DNA of 24,594 bases from a virus (lineage: Duplodnaviria > Heunggongvirae > Uroviricota > Caudoviricetes): IMG/VR virus record IMGVR_UViG_2609459839_000005, one strand, 5' to 3'. A program made the position numbers and the translations under genes. This document shows positions 1-9,689 of the stretch, piece after piece; position 1 is the stretch's first letter, and every line of letters starts with the position of its first letter. The notes beneath the pieces are model-generated. The model had not been told where the DNA came from, did not search any database, and saw only the letters and a list, made by a program, of their open reading frames with translations.

Positions 1-1236
1 CTACGATAACCGCGCATTCAACATGGCTATCTGTTCGTCGTTCATGTCATCAATCCACATACCGTAAATTTCATACACCATCTGCGCAGTTTCATGCCCC
101 ATTTGGCTGGCTATAAATGCCGGGTTCGCTCCTGCCGTCAACAGCCAGCAGGCAAAAGTATGCCGCGTATGGTACGGATTACGGCGGCGAATACCAGCAC
201 GTTTTACTGCTGCATTCCACCTTGCCCCCAAACTGCTTACCGAGTAATAAGGTTTTTGTTTTCCGTTACACACCCTGGGCATGAAAACAAAATGCAGTTT
301 TTGCTTTTCGGTTCTGCCGTACTCCCGATGATAAAAGGTGATTTCGCTTTTGCGATGATGCCCGGTCAGTTTGTATTGCTCCTTCAGTGCTTCAAGAGCA
401 GGCTGCAGTAGTGTTACTGTTCGGATCCCGGCATTTGTTTTTGGGGGACCGAACATATCAAGTATCGTCAGGTTTCTTCTGACATTCACTATTCCCTTTT
501 CGAGATCCACATCCTCCCACGCCAGAGCTGCCAGTTCCCCGTGACGAAGTCCTGAGTAAACGGCAAATTTCCACAAGTTCTGGCTCTGTCCTTTTTCACT
601 TTCCATTAATGCATTGAATTCTGTTTTAGATAACGGATCAGGCTTTATTCTGTTTCGCTGTAATTTTTTTACTCCTTCAAATGGTTTGGTTGATATAAAT
701 CCCGACTGATACGCAAAACGTAACAGCGAACAGAGCAGGGCGATATAGTTATCAACTGTGCGTACGGTTCTTCCTTTTTTGTTGGATCTTGGATTATCCA
801 TGTAAAGCGTTTCTCCATGCAGCAGTTCATTCCGGTAATTTAAGATATCGCTATAACGAATATGTGATATCGGGGTACTTTCACAAATTATTATTCTGAG
901 TGTTTTTAATTGTGATTTCGTTTTCTTCATTGTGTTTGTTGTTAACTCTGTCTCTTTAATTTTTGTCCAGATATCACAAAGCTCCCCGAACGTTTTTATG
1001 ACTCTCGTTGTCACCATTTTTGCTCCAGTGCTGGACTGGGGAAAACGTCTTAAATACTCAAATTCACCGGAGTTTATTTCATGAACTATCAGCGCTCTTA
1101 AATTTCCGGCCTTTTTAATATTACTGTTTGTAATCTCCCAGCCTTTTAATGTTTCCCGACATCGTTTTCCTCGAAACATGAACCAGATGCGAATGTATCT
1201 ACCTCTAATCTCGACACCTGTTGGTAATTTAGACAT
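1..1236 (-). CDS. intR: Phage tyrosine integrase (site-specific recombinase), 411 aa
   Basis: Full ORF with stop at 1-3. C-terminal tyrosine-recombinase signature (...HTRHTFACWLL...MGHETAQMVYEIYG) and lambda-Int-like N-terminal arm. First gene of an int-xis-ralR-recT-recE (Rac-like) block. Symbol from synteny and recollection, not a search. Confidence 0.88.
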   Translation of the reverse strand: MSKLPTGVEIRGRYIRIWFMFRGKRCRETLKGWEITNSNIKKAGNLRALIVHEINSGEFEYLRRFPQSSTGAKMVTTRVIKTFGELCDIWTKIKETELTTNTMKKTKSQLKTLRIIICESTPISHIRYSDILNYRNELLHGETLYMDNPRSNKKGRTVRTVDNYIALLCSLLRFAYQSGFISTKPFEGVKKLQRNRIKPDPLSKTEFNALMESEKGQSQNLWKFAVYSGLRHGELAALAWEDVDLEKGIVNVRRNLTILDMFGPPKTNAGIRTVTLLQPALEALKEQYKLTGHHRKSEITFYHREYGRTEKQKLHFVFMPRVCNGKQKPYYSVSSLGARWNAAVKRAGIRRRNPYHTRHTFACWLLTAGANPAFIASQMGHETAQMVYEIYGMWIDDMNDEQIAMLNARLS

Positions 1237-1237
1237 A

Positions 1238-1453
1238 TCATGATTCTTTGATAAACTGATTTATCTTTGGATAGTTGTACCAGATAATTCCTCGTTTGCT
1301 GTCTGGCTTACCTAAAGGAGATACTCGTTTGAAGTGGAAGCCCTCCACCCAACAGTTCTGGCGGTATGCTTCAATTTGTCTGGCCCCCAGACCAGTGCGA
1401 AGCATCAGGCCGTATTCAACCATCCACTCTTCATTAAAGATTACTTGTGCCAT
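1238..1453 (-). CDS. Excisionase-like small DNA-binding protein (about 71 aa)
   Basis: Small ORF directly upstream of int on the same strand. Internal ATG at 1453 ([10 protein letters not shown]...) follows GAGGTG 5 nt upstream, so the track start at 1477 is probably too long. Size, position and a W/R-rich winged-helix-like pattern fit Xis. Confidence 0.55.
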   Translation of the reverse strand: MAQVIFNEEWMVEYGLMLRTGLGARQIEAYRQNCWVEGFHFKRVSPLGKPDSKRGIIWYNYPKINQFIKES

Positions 1454-1552
1454 CGCATCACCTCTGGCAGGCGCCAATGTTAGACTGAAATTGACGCCCG
1501 ATGTTGATTATTAATAATCAGCTATGAAGTTTTAATTTGAATACAATGCAAC

Positions 1553-1741
1553 TCACGAGGACTGAAGTTTCTCGCAATTAAAATTAATCAGTTTTACTTT
1601 CTGCTCTCTGGAAACGCCTGCTTCTTTTTTACCTGAGAGCATTTTTTCGCATTCTGATTTCGTTAGTTTAGATTTTGAATATCTTGTCCAGTTAGTAGGA
1701 GTGCCACCTTCCTTTTCAATAGTGGCGGTAATTTTATACAT
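1553..1741 (-). CDS. Hypothetical small protein (YdaC-like by position)
   Basis: Track ORF 1553..1813. Preferred start is ATG at 1741 (MYKITATIEKEGG...), 6 nt after GGAG and overlapping the stop of the upstream Lar-like gene. No recognisable motif. Confidence 0.4.
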   Translation of the reverse strand: MYKITATIEKEGGTPTNWTRYSKSKLTKSECEKMLSGKKEAGVSREQKVKLINFNCEKLQSS

Positions 1742-1943
1742 GAACATCTCCATTATTATTTCCAGTGGTTCGTTTATTCCATCTTTCGAGTGCTTCTTTT
1801 TCACTTCCACCATAACCGGTTCGGGATTCGCATGCGTTACACTTCGCTCGGTAATATCCTGAAATGGCTTTCACCGTTACTGATGGACAACCACAAAATG
1901 GACATGGTTTGACTTTTTCATACCGCATTGTCTTTTCTCTCAT
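1734..1943 (-). CDS. ralR: Lar/RalR-family restriction-alleviation protein (small Cys4 zinc-ribbon)
   Basis: Translation contains KPCPFCG...CNAC, a four-Cys zinc-ribbon typical of Lar. Lies between xis-like and recT-like genes as in Rac. True start may be the second ATG at 1928 (MRYEKVKP...). Confidence 0.72.
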   Translation of the reverse strand: MREKTMRYEKVKPCPFCGCPSVTVKAISGYYRAKCNACESRTGYGGSEKEALERWNKRTTGNNNGDVHV

Positions 1944-1991
1944 ATGATAAAATTTTGTGATGGCGGTGAGGCTACACCGCCAAAGTCAATA

Positions 1992-3095
1992 TTAGGATCC
2001 GATATATTCTGGTTTCATATCTGTCAGTGTCGTTTTATACGCCTCATATAATTCACCCAGATGTGGTCGAGCAGCATTCAGCGTATTTTCCAGAGCAGTA
2101 AATTTTTGTTCTGCTTCTGGATCACCTGATGAAGGCAGGTCATTTATCATCTTCTCGATACTGGCAATAGCATTGAGACGGTGATGACGCCGAACCACTT
2201 TTCCTTTAAGCTCGGCAAAGAATTCGCCGATCTGGTTTTTCTGATCCTCTATCTCTTGGCGTAATGCAGTGGTTTCCTCAGTCGTGGCCGCGCTTTCGAC
2301 ACGCTGCCGGAATTCATCAATCCACGCTTCGTCAATACGCTGTTCGATGGTTTCTGTTCGCTGCTCGCTTACCTCTCTATAATTCTGTACCGGCACAGGA
2401 TTGATGATTTTTTCCTGTGGCTCTTCCAGTTCGTCCGGGGTATACACGCCCAGGATGACGTCAGGACAATAAAGGCGAGCCCAGTATTTCAACGCCAGAT
2501 AGGCGAGCTGTTGTTTCGGGTTTGAGGTCCATAAAGGAGAATTACGCGTAATCACGCTGGAAAGAAACACCGGTTCTCCCCAGGTAATCTCACTTTCACC
2601 GCGAAGAACTGCACCAACTCGAACGGATAGACCATACTCATCTTCACTGGTCCAACATGGGATCGTTTCTTTTTTCTCATAGATTCCGCCTCCTTTGGCC
2701 GTTTTCTTAACGGTCTCCACTCGGGTGCGAGAGCATTTCTCCCAGTCTCCCTCGTACTTGTAATGGAAGCGGCCTACAATTGCACTTGAGCTAGAGATCA
2801 CAGCGTTAACAAGTTGTGCTTCATAACCCAGAACTCCGTTTACCAGGTGTGTTTTCTGAGCCACAGCGTAGGGGTTCATGCCCCATTGCATGGCTTGCAT
2901 GATGATTGCCATGCAGTCGGCAGGTTTTCCGCGAAGGTGATCGGGAACTGTGACGGTGGCCTGTGACATCAACCCGGCTACTTCCTGAAGTTGCGTCAAC
3001 GCCTGAACGTTAAAAATAGTGTTACTGGCAGAAATGGTATTTGGTGTCTGCTCTGTCGTGATGATATTGGTATTTTGCATGGTCAGGTTCTCCAT
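1992..3095 (-). CDS. recT: RecT/Bet-superfamily single-strand annealing protein, 367 aa
   Basis: Core resembles RecT/Bet annealing proteins (…CMAIIMQAMQWGMNPY…GVLGYEAQL…). Its ATG overlaps the stop of the upstream exonuclease gene (TAATG), typical of recE-recT coupling. Longer than K-12 RecT, with a C-terminal extension. Confidence 0.68.
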   Translation of the reverse strand: MENLTMQNTNIITTEQTPNTISASNTIFNVQALTQLQEVAGLMSQATVTVPDHLRGKPADCMAIIMQAMQWGMNPYAVAQKTHLVNGVLGYEAQLVNAVISSSSAIVGRFHYKYEGDWEKCSRTRVETVKKTAKGGGIYEKKETIPCWTSEDEYGLSVRVGAVLRGESEITWGEPVFLSSVITRNSPLWTSNPKQQLAYLALKYWARLYCPDVILGVYTPDELEEPQEKIINPVPVQNYREVSEQRTETIEQRIDEAWIDEFRQRVESAATTEETTALRQEIEDQKNQIGEFFAELKGKVVRRHHRLNAIASIEKMINDLPSSGDPEAEQKFTALENTLNAARPHLGELYEAYKTTLTDMKPEYIGS

Positions 3096-6000
3096 TAAGC
3101 CAGATGCAGTGCTTCAAGACGACGAAGATCAAAGTCGTTTAATTCGTCGGTATAACTTTCGGTAATCGGTGCTGGCCAGTTGTTTGTCTCTAGGGCTTCG
3201 TTTATCTGGCGTAGCGTCCGGCGATATTCCTGTCGACCAAGTTCCAGGAGTTCCTGCGAGGCTTCCACGACTGCCACCCAGTGATAGCCAACATCTTTGT
3301 TGACGAAGATCCAGAAAAATTTGTCCAGGTTTGCCACATCACAATACATTGCGGCGCTGAGGTGATAATCACGCTCAATAATTTCACGGTGCAGGCGATC
3401 TTTAAGTCGTTCCTGCCGCACATAACCGAGGCTGACTGACTTCACGTCAGCGCAAATGCTTTCGTATGGCAGCCGGATTTCGATATCAGGACGGACCCTG
3501 ATTTCCAGCCCGGTTTCTTCATCAAACCCGAAATAGCTGATTTCAGATTTGCGATCCGGGTGGTTGAGTAGCCTTGCTGCATCGGTATTGTTTTGCAGTG
3601 CCGCGTGAATATTTTTTGCCTGTTCATACATATCCGCACTGATAAACGTTTTCCCGGCGTTTTCTTCTTGCTGTCGTTTTTGCCAGTCCTCCAGTGTCAC
3701 CAGTTCCGGGCGAATTTTCCGTGCGATTTCGGTTAATTGCTCTTTTGTGCCACTGATGTTGTAAGGCAACGATTTAGCACGTTCTTTTTTTGCCAGTTCT
3801 GGATCTACAGTTTCAATTTGCTCCAGAAGCTGCTCCCGTGTTCCACTGGTTTTCAGCAGAGGAGGGAGGCTTGCGTTGTATTCTTTAATACAGGCTTTCA
3901 TTGCTGATGCTGTGTGTTTTTCCCCCTCAGGAATACGCCGAAATTCCTCCGGAAGCGAACCGTAAAGGATGCCTGTTTCTTCGGCCCCAGCGCTTACCGA
4001 CAGTGGCTGTATAAGAATGCTGTTGTAGCTTTCGATCCACTCTTTCATCTGCTCTGGTGTCATCAGTGATGGCAGACTGGCATTGTGTTTTTTAATGATG
4101 GTGATCAGTTCGTTAGAAGTAGTAACCACATATTCAGGAACCGGTACCGGAATGGCATATTCATCAGCGAATTTATCCGTTTCCAGAACATAGCTGTGAA
4201 TGATCCGCCCACGCAGCAATGCATCACTTTCCTCGTTCGGAATAGTCCCGGCAATGTGCCGCCCGTGGTAATACATCAGACTGATGCGGGCATCCTTCAG
4301 CATTGTGCTGCTTATTCCGTTGGCGGAGTGATAAACCTCGTTCGGGAGGTTTTCATAGCGGCCAGGCTCGAAATATGACGGCCACATGATTTCAGTTGCT
4401 ACATTAGCTGACGCTTCACCAGTTTCATCACTGCAATCGTGATGCGGATGGTTGCCAGCATTCTCCTTGTGTGGATGTTCAGCGCTTTCCATTTCCTCCG
4501 GATCATTTTCCTGAACTTCAACCTGATTCTCTTCATCGAATGTTTCCTGGTATGTTGCGTCGCCCATCACCGCACCACAATCAGGGCAGTTGCCGCCGTC
4601 GGTCTGACCGCAGGCGGCGCAGGCTTTTTCCGGCTCCTGTTGCGTTATTGGCTCGGATTGTTTCGTTTCTGGCTCGTTTTGTTGCGCATTTCGGCTGTTT
4701 TGTTCCGCTTTCTGGTCGTTCTGTTCCGTTTCTTGCTGGTTCTGATTCACTGAATCGCGGGTTTCAATCCCCTTCACCCATTTCGGATCGTTCGGGTCGC
4801 TAATTCCGTCAACAAATTCACCACGTGATGCAGCAAGTAATTTATCGGCATCGACAGGATTTTTTGATGGAATGTTTTTCCGGGCTTCATGGAGTTCTGC
4901 CCGCAGTTCCTGATATTTCGCATCAACAGAATTTACCTGTGACTGAGCATCCAGCGGCTGCGTGTCCTGATGATGTTCAGTTGCATTCGGTTCCACTGTT
5001 TCAGCCGTTGCCTGTTCATCTGCCATTGCGCCAGATGGTTGTGGTTTTTCTTCATCGTCCTGTTTTCCTTCTTCTGTCACACGCTGCGGCATCGGGGCAG
5101 AGGAGCGACCGCAGGCAATATCCACAATTTCCGGATCAGGGTTGGCATGATCAGTTTCAGTCAGTACTTTGTTCAGATATTCAGTGACGTGCGCGGGGAT
5201 GACCTCGATCCCAATTGGTGCTTCTTTCACGGACGCAACCACGGTGGCGCGGGAATAATCCAGCCCGCCAGGCATGGTGATGAATTTGTCGCGGAAAACA
5301 GAAAAGGGCGGTTTATTTTCAGCGATAATTTCCTCAATGCGTTTAGCGTGTGCCGGATGAAGGTTATAGATGTCCACGTCCATTGAACGGGCCAGTACGC
5401 CAGTGGCTACATCGCGTGCCAGTGACGTCAGATCGTGGACGAAACCTTCGCCGCGATCGGTGAGGTTCCCGCCGCCAGCATTAGCACCGGAAGCCGTGCG
5501 AGTGATGCGTGAAACACGATTCCCTTTCCTCCATTCTTTTGTCAGAAGACCACGATCAATGTGTTCGGTATCCAGCCAGGCTGAAATGAAATTCTTAAAT
5601 TCATAGGGCTGATGTTTTTTCGTGATAGAGAAAACTGCCTTAATTGCATCAGTCAGGCGGAGCAGGGCGGCATTATCCAGAGTTGTCGGTTCTGCCATGC
5701 CGCGTATGGCCAACAGCAGATTCTGGACATAGCTGTTTTCCTGGTCCATCTCAAGAGCAGTAATGTGTTCGCGTTGTTCACGGGTGGCATGATGCAGGTA
5801 TTTCCGATCCCCGGCCGCATACGTAAAAATGTGCAGAAGACGCTGTGTGAACCGCAAAGTGGCTACAGAAACTTCGCAATCCTGGCAATCCCCGTGGGCG
5901 TCTGCCTGCGCGTTTTCTTCCTGGCCTCCCGCCAGTTCTTTGGTTTCCTGGGTATTCTCCTGATGGTGAACGTCGTCTGGTGCTGCACCCGGTTTTAGTT

Positions 6001-6262
6001 CCCAGGTGATGGAGTCCTTGCCGAGTTGATAGCGTTCACACCACGTAAAATCGATCTCACCTTCAGGGGGAAGGTCATTAACGACAGGAAAATTAGTTGC
6101 AACAGTTTTAAAATAGTTGCTCAGTTTTTTACCTGACTTAACGATCAGGTAGTCCAGAGTGGCACTGGTCGATTCAAAATCGTCGCTTGCCCACAGGACG
6201 ACGTCAGGTTCACCGGATGATTTTTTCGCTTTCCGTAAAAGGAAGAGTGGTTTTGTGCTCAT
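3095..6262 (-). CDS. recE: RecE-like exodeoxyribonuclease VIII, 1055 aa, with acidic low-complexity central linker
   Basis: Large ORF ahead of the annealing-protein gene. C-terminal third looks like a PD-(D/E)xK-type exonuclease domain (…[11 protein letters not shown]…DVKSVS…). Central Q/E/D-rich segment holds a CAACG…CPDCG Cys4 cluster. Start at 6262 follows GAGG. Confidence 0.68.
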   Translation of the reverse strand: MSTKPLFLLRKAKKSSGEPDVVLWASDDFESTSATLDYLIVKSGKKLSNYFKTVATNFPVVNDLPPEGEIDFTWCERYQLGKDSITWELKPGAAPDDVHHQENTQETKELAGGQEENAQADAHGDCQDCEVSVATLRFTQRLLHIFTYAAGDRKYLHHATREQREHITALEMDQENSYVQNLLLAIRGMAEPTTLDNAALLRLTDAIKAVFSITKKHQPYEFKNFISAWLDTEHIDRGLLTKEWRKGNRVSRITRTASGANAGGGNLTDRGEGFVHDLTSLARDVATGVLARSMDVDIYNLHPAHAKRIEEIIAENKPPFSVFRDKFITMPGGLDYSRATVVASVKEAPIGIEVIPAHVTEYLNKVLTETDHANPDPEIVDIACGRSSAPMPQRVTEEGKQDDEEKPQPSGAMADEQATAETVEPNATEHHQDTQPLDAQSQVNSVDAKYQELRAELHEARKNIPSKNPVDADKLLAASRGEFVDGISDPNDPKWVKGIETRDSVNQNQQETEQNDQKAEQNSRNAQQNEPETKQSEPITQQEPEKACAACGQTDGGNCPDCGAVMGDATYQETFDEENQVEVQENDPEEMESAEHPHKENAGNHPHHDCSDETGEASANVATEIMWPSYFEPGRYENLPNEVYHSANGISSTMLKDARISLMYYHGRHIAGTIPNEESDALLRGRIIHSYVLETDKFADEYAIPVPVPEYVVTTSNELITIIKKHNASLPSLMTPEQMKEWIESYNSILIQPLSVSAGAEETGILYGSLPEEFRRIPEGEKHTASAMKACIKEYNASLPPLLKTSGTREQLLEQIETVDPELAKKERAKSLPYNISGTKEQLTEIARKIRPELVTLEDWQKRQQEENAGKTFISADMYEQAKNIHAALQNNTDAARLLNHPDRKSEISYFGFDEETGLEIRVRPDIEIRLPYESICADVKSVSLGYVRQERLKDRLHREIIERDYHLSAAMYCDVANLDKFFWIFVNKDVGYHWVAVVEASQELLELGRQEYRRTLRQINEALETNNWPAPITESYTDELNDFDLRRLEALHLA

Positions 6263-6361
6263 TGTTTTTTAACCTCAACTCAGATTAAAATTACTGCGAG
6301 TGATGAATAAATGTCCCAGGTTCTTCACTCAGGCCTGCACACTGTGCAGGCTTTCTTTTTT

Positions 6362-6637
6362 TCAGATTTCACCGTTTAATTTCATTGCGATCAGAGTTGC
6401 CAGAAATCCAGCTTTTTTTTCTGCGGGCAGATTCTTTCCGATGTAAACCAGGCACATTTTTGTGACACCTTCATCAAGTGTTTTAACGTTGCCTGATGGA
6501 CCGTCGATATCAACCACAGTGAAAGGGGTTTCTTTATTTTCTGTTTTAATCACGTAGCCAATGCGCTTTCCTTCCAGATTCACCTCGTGAACAATGTCAT
6601 CGGTAGTTACAACAGTGGCTTCATAATTGGTAATCAT
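6362..6637 (-). CDS. racC: RacC-like small protein (91 aa)
   Basis: Track ORF runs to 6685, but the ATG at 6637 (MITNYEATVV...) follows AAGGAG with a 6-nt spacer. Sits between recE-like and kilR-like genes as in Rac. Confidence 0.55.
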   Translation of the reverse strand: MITNYEATVVTTDDIVHEVNLEGKRIGYVIKTENKETPFTVVDIDGPSGNVKTLDEGVTKMCLVYIGKNLPAEKKAGFLATLIAMKLNGEI

Positions 6638-6711
6638 GTTTTTCTCCTTAATTAAGGTTGAGCGAATCTCTACCATTTCTGGCATAAATTCAGTTTCGAA
6701 TAGTCAATTAA

Positions 6712-6882
6712 TTAAAGTTCGTGTGCCATCTGGTCTTTTTCGGCACAGATTTCACTACAATATTTTTTCATTTCCGTCGTTGGTATAACTCCACGCATGA
6801 AATGAAGTGGTCTTGTAATGATTTTGCTTTCTTCAATTTCTTTATTGCAAAGGTGATAAGCACATTTTATTTTCTTAGTCAT
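6712..6882 (-). CDS. ydaE: Small Cys-rich protein (YdaE-like; 56-58 aa)
   Basis: Not in the ORF track (below 60 aa). Hand translation of the minus strand gives (MV)[56 protein letters not shown] with a CxxxxC…CxxxC pattern. Alternative start at 6888. Confidence 0.45.
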   Translation of the reverse strand: MTKKIKCAYHLCNKEIEESKIITRPLHFMRGVIPTTEMKKYCSEICAEKDQMAHEL

Positions 6883-7103
6883 TACCATGACTCCGCCTTT
6901 ACAGGTAAACCATCACGACCGAGGAAGACTTTAATCATGCAGTCAGAAATGCATGTTTTTGTAGTCAGGCTACGAATATAAAGTTTTCGCTTTTTAATAT
7001 TGTTTGCCGAGGCGATATATGTCCGACCTTCATGAAGAACATAATCGCCAGGGGTCACACACTGACGTGGTATTTCATCAGTTCCGAAGTGATGAGCAAT
7101 CAT
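6882..7103 (-). CDS. kilR: KilR-like cell-division inhibitor (73 aa)
   Basis: ATG at 7103 ([15 protein letters not shown]...) follows GGAG with a 6-nt spacer; the track start at 7115 lacks an SD. Small basic protein in the kil position of a Rac-like early operon. Confidence 0.65.
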   Translation of the reverse strand: MIAHHFGTDEIPRQCVTPGDYVLHEGRTYIASANNIKKRKLYIRSLTTKTCISDCMIKVFLGRDGLPVKAESW

Positions 7104-7511
7104 AATTATCTCCATTTTTACAAATGAATTTTGTCGATGCGGTGCCTGGTGCCTCCAGGTGACGTTAACCAGTTAACAATTAACGCCGGATAATCCACCC
7201 ATAACACTGATGCTTTTAACTGCGCCGCGTGCGCTTAGCCGCATTCACCGCATCACAAAATTCACTTTAAAAAGGGGCGGCAGGGCAGCTACGGAGTAGA
7301 ACTGGTGCCGCCAAAAACTAGACACAGCAATGTCGTTATTTACAACCGGAGGCGCACTCCCACCATTTAAATTTAACAGACAAGACCGACTCTTTATGGA
7401 TACCGGAAATGCGCCTTCGTATTGTGCCCGGTTTTATTTCACCACCTCCGGGCTTTGGTGGCCTCGGCTATACCCCTACAGCAAGAATATTGAATTAATC
7501 CAATAAATGGT

Positions 7512-7664
7512 TTAGCTGGTATTTTTGGCAAGCCAGCGACGTGCGCCAGCTTCGGTTTTAAACGATTTGCTTTTGGTATACGTCATGGCGGTGAATGTGC
7601 CGTCCTGATTGGGAAACACGCCACATACCAGAGATTCGTTGTTGCCAAGATCGATAGTATCCAT
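7512..7664 (-). CDS. Small hypothetical protein (about 50 aa; YdaF-like by position)
   Basis: Internal ATG at 7664 (MDTIDLGNNESLVCGV...) is preceded by GAGG; track ORF is 7512..7727. No motif recognised. Confidence 0.35.
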   Translation of the reverse strand: MDTIDLGNNESLVCGVFPNQDGTFTAMTYTKSKSFKTEAGARRWLAKNTS

Positions 7665-7913
7665 GTTGACCTCATTTCCCCTTAACGCCGGGTGGCGGAA
7701 CGTTTTATCTACTGCGCTTTGTATCAATCAACAACTGCCGTCATGTTCGTATGCCTCAGGCTGGCTACTTAGCCCTGTTCAGTGGCTGGATAACTCGAGG
7801 TATTGTCCTGCCGTTCTCTGGTGGGGCGTTGTTTGGATATGTTTATTAAACACAATTCGTTTTCTCATGTCAACACGAAGTGTGTTTTATAGTGGGTGTC
7901 ATATGATGATGGT

Positions 7914-7939
7914 ACAAAAAAGCCCGCTGATAGCGGGCT
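7914..7939 (-). terminator. Rho-independent terminator downstream of the repressor gene
   Basis: Hairpin AGCCCGC-tgata-GCGGGCT, followed on the minus strand by a U-run (plus-strand A-run 7915-7920), 30 nt past the repressor stop. Confidence 0.55.
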
Positions 7940-7969
7940 GATTGGCATATTACTGTGATAGCAAGATCA

Positions 7970-8389
7970 TTACTCCGGTGGGGGATTATCTTTAAGCCTG
8001 CCTCTCAAATATTTTTCTACATACTCATCGATTTCTTTTAGCCGGACTTCAAATAGCTCAATCATTCGTTGTTGTTCTGAGCCCGGTAGCTGGTTAAACA
8101 ACTCAAGAAGTTTTCGTTGGGATTCATTTAACCACAATTCAGAAGATTCCTGTTCTCCAAAGAGGAGCTCAGGAGGAGATATGCCAAGTGCCTTTCCCAA
8201 TACGACAGCGTCATGCACTCCAACATTTCTGCTGCCCGCCTCATAGTTACCTATACGCGATTGCGTCCATCCGCAGATTTCAGCAAGTTTTCCTTGAGAT
8301 AAACCAAGCTTCTGCCTGCGCTCTTTAAGACGCATTGCAATTTTGTCATTGAGCCTACTAGCGGCAATTTTTTCGTTTTCTTTTTCCAT
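7970..8389 (-). CDS. racR: XRE-family HTH repressor (cI-like, RacR-like), 139 aa
   Basis: N-terminal helix-turn-helix (…LKERRQKLGLSQGKLAEICGWTQSRIGNYEAG…). Divergent from a Cro-like gene across a 96-bp region with inverted repeats. Confidence 0.75.
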   Translation of the reverse strand: MEKENEKIAASRLNDKIAMRLKERRQKLGLSQGKLAEICGWTQSRIGNYEAGSRNVGVHDAVVLGKALGISPPELLFGEQESSELWLNESQRKLLELFNQLPGSEQQRMIELFEVRLKEIDEYVEKYLRGRLKDNPPPE

Positions 8390-8400
8390 TGCATCCTTGT

Positions 8401-8461
8401 ATCACGAATCGTGATTTACATAAAACACAAAACAGCTTGACCATATAACACAAGATGTGTT
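8401..8461. promoter_or_regulatory. Immunity-region operator/promoter: two inverted repeats within the divergent intergenic region
   Basis: Perfect palindrome ATCACGA-a-TCGTGAT (8401-8415) and AACACA-aga-TGTGTT (8447-8461). The second lies in the spacer of a plus-strand promoter candidate (TTGACC 8437-8442, TTTAAA about 8460-8465). Confidence 0.4.
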
Positions 8462-8485
8462 TAAAATTGTCATCGGAGGTTTTCA

Positions 8486-9000
8486 ATGAACAAAATTTCA
8501 ACATATCGAAAACAGCTTGGGCTGTCTCAAAGACAACTTGCTGTTCAGTTACCACATCACGCAAAGTGGCTTCAACGCTGGCAATGGCAATCAGCAAAGG
8601 TCGTCTGATTCGCGTAAATCAGGGCGGTAAATTTCGTTACTGCATACCGGGCGATAATTTACCAGCAGAGCCGAAAGCAGCATCGGTAGCGGAAACTGAT
8701 GGTAAGGCCTTTCCTCAGCCCGCAGGTGTTGCATTACCAGTACAGGAGGCTGCAACACAGGAAGATATTAAAACAGAAACGGTGGTGGACATTGTGCAAT
8801 CGCTGCCATCGTTTACTGAAACGCGAGCGGATGACCTGGTTTTACCATCGCTGCATATGGCAAACCGCGAACTGCGTCGGGCGAAAAATCATGTCCAGAA
8901 GTGGGAGCGAGTCTGCGCCGCGCTGCGGGAGCTGAACAAGCACCGGGATATTGTTCGACAGATTGTCGATTCCTCCAGTCGTATTGTGTCGGAAAAGTGA
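8486..9000 (+). CDS. Cro/YdaS-like early gene with disrupted reading frame (possible pseudogene)
   Basis: ATG at 8486 with GGAGG 8 nt upstream opens [22 protein letters not shown]…, which stops after 40 codons (TGA 8606-8608). The long track ORF 8455..9000 is in a different frame and has no SD at its own ATG. Confidence 0.4.
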
Positions 9001-9015
9001 TTGCCGGAGGCACCT

Positions 9016-9438
9016 ATGGCAAAAGTATTTACACCAGAAGAGCGGGAAAAAATTAAAGGGCAGGTTGTTGAACTTGTACGTCTGAGCGGTCGCGAGACGT
9101 TACGGGCTCTGGAGGCTAAAACCGGTGCATCAAGGTATTACATAAGCACTCTCGCCAGAGAACTGGTCGCCAGTGGTGATGTTTACAATTCAGGCTACGG
9201 ATTATTCCCGTCTGAGCAGGCGCGTAAAGACTGGCAAAACGCCCGCAAAAAACTCTCAAGGGCAAATCTGAAGAAACCATCTGTGGTTGATCCGGATCTT
9301 ATCTGGTCATTACCAGACGGAGAAATACGCCGCTACAACAGGCGTCTGAACATAATTTGCCGTGAGTGCCGGAAGAGTGAGGTTATGCAGCGAGTGCTGG
9401 CGTTTTATCAGGGGAAATTTCAGGAGGTGATGCTGTGA
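9016..9438 (+). CDS. Hypothetical early protein, 140 aa (YdaT-like by size and position)
   Basis: ATG at 9016 (MAKVFTPEEREKIKG…) is preceded by GGAGG; track ORF starts at 9001. Position after the cro-like gene. Confidence 0.5.
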   Translation: MAKVFTPEEREKIKGQVVELVRLSGRETLRALEAKTGASRYYISTLARELVASGDVYNSGYGLFPSEQARKDWQNARKKLSRANLKKPSVVDPDLIWSLPDGEIRRYNRRLNIICRECRKSEVMQRVLAFYQGKFQEVML

Positions 9439-9689
9439 GCGAATCAAAATGTCAGGTTAATGGCAATCAGATAGAACCGTGTACGGCACTGGCAAAATCC
9501 CTTGAGCATGATGCTGAATACACGACGCGAAAAGGTCTGCTGATATACAAAATCTGGAATGAGAATTTAACTCGCGACCCTGATTTGGTGATGTTGCGTT
9601 CCGGTGAATTTTCTAAATTACCAGTGCGGGTTTCATTTTGTCCGTTCTGTGGTGAAAGTCTGAAAACGTGGGAGAACAGAAATGAATGA
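9435..9689 (+). CDS. Small Cys-motif protein (84 aa), putative zinc-ribbon
   Basis: GTG start overlapping the previous stop (GTGA), with CAGGAGG upstream. Contains KC…PC near the N-terminus and CPFCG near the C-terminus, the same motif as in the Lar-like protein. Confidence 0.45.
   Translation: MSESKCQVNGNQIEPCTALAKSLEHDAEYTTRKGLLIYKIWNENLTRDPDLVMLRSGEFSKLPVRVSFCPFCGESLKTWENRNE

Noticed and set aside
4085-5998. Series of plus-strand ORFs (97-138 aa) inside the recE-like gene
   Set aside because: They are antisense to a long, well-supported minus-strand gene. Their Arg/Pro/Ser-rich translations are what you get from reading the acidic low-complexity region in reverse. None has an SD-supported start.
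6721-6981. 86-aa plus-strand ORF
   Set aside because: It overlaps the ydaE-like and kilR-like genes on the opposite strand and has no ribosome-binding site.
7609-7941. 110-aa plus-strand ORF
   Set aside because: It overlaps the minus-strand ydaF-like gene and runs through the repressor terminator hairpin. No SD.
8358-8597. 79-aa minus-strand ORF spanning the repressor start and intergenic operators
   Set aside because: It crosses the divergent promoter/operator region and overlaps the racR-like start in another frame.
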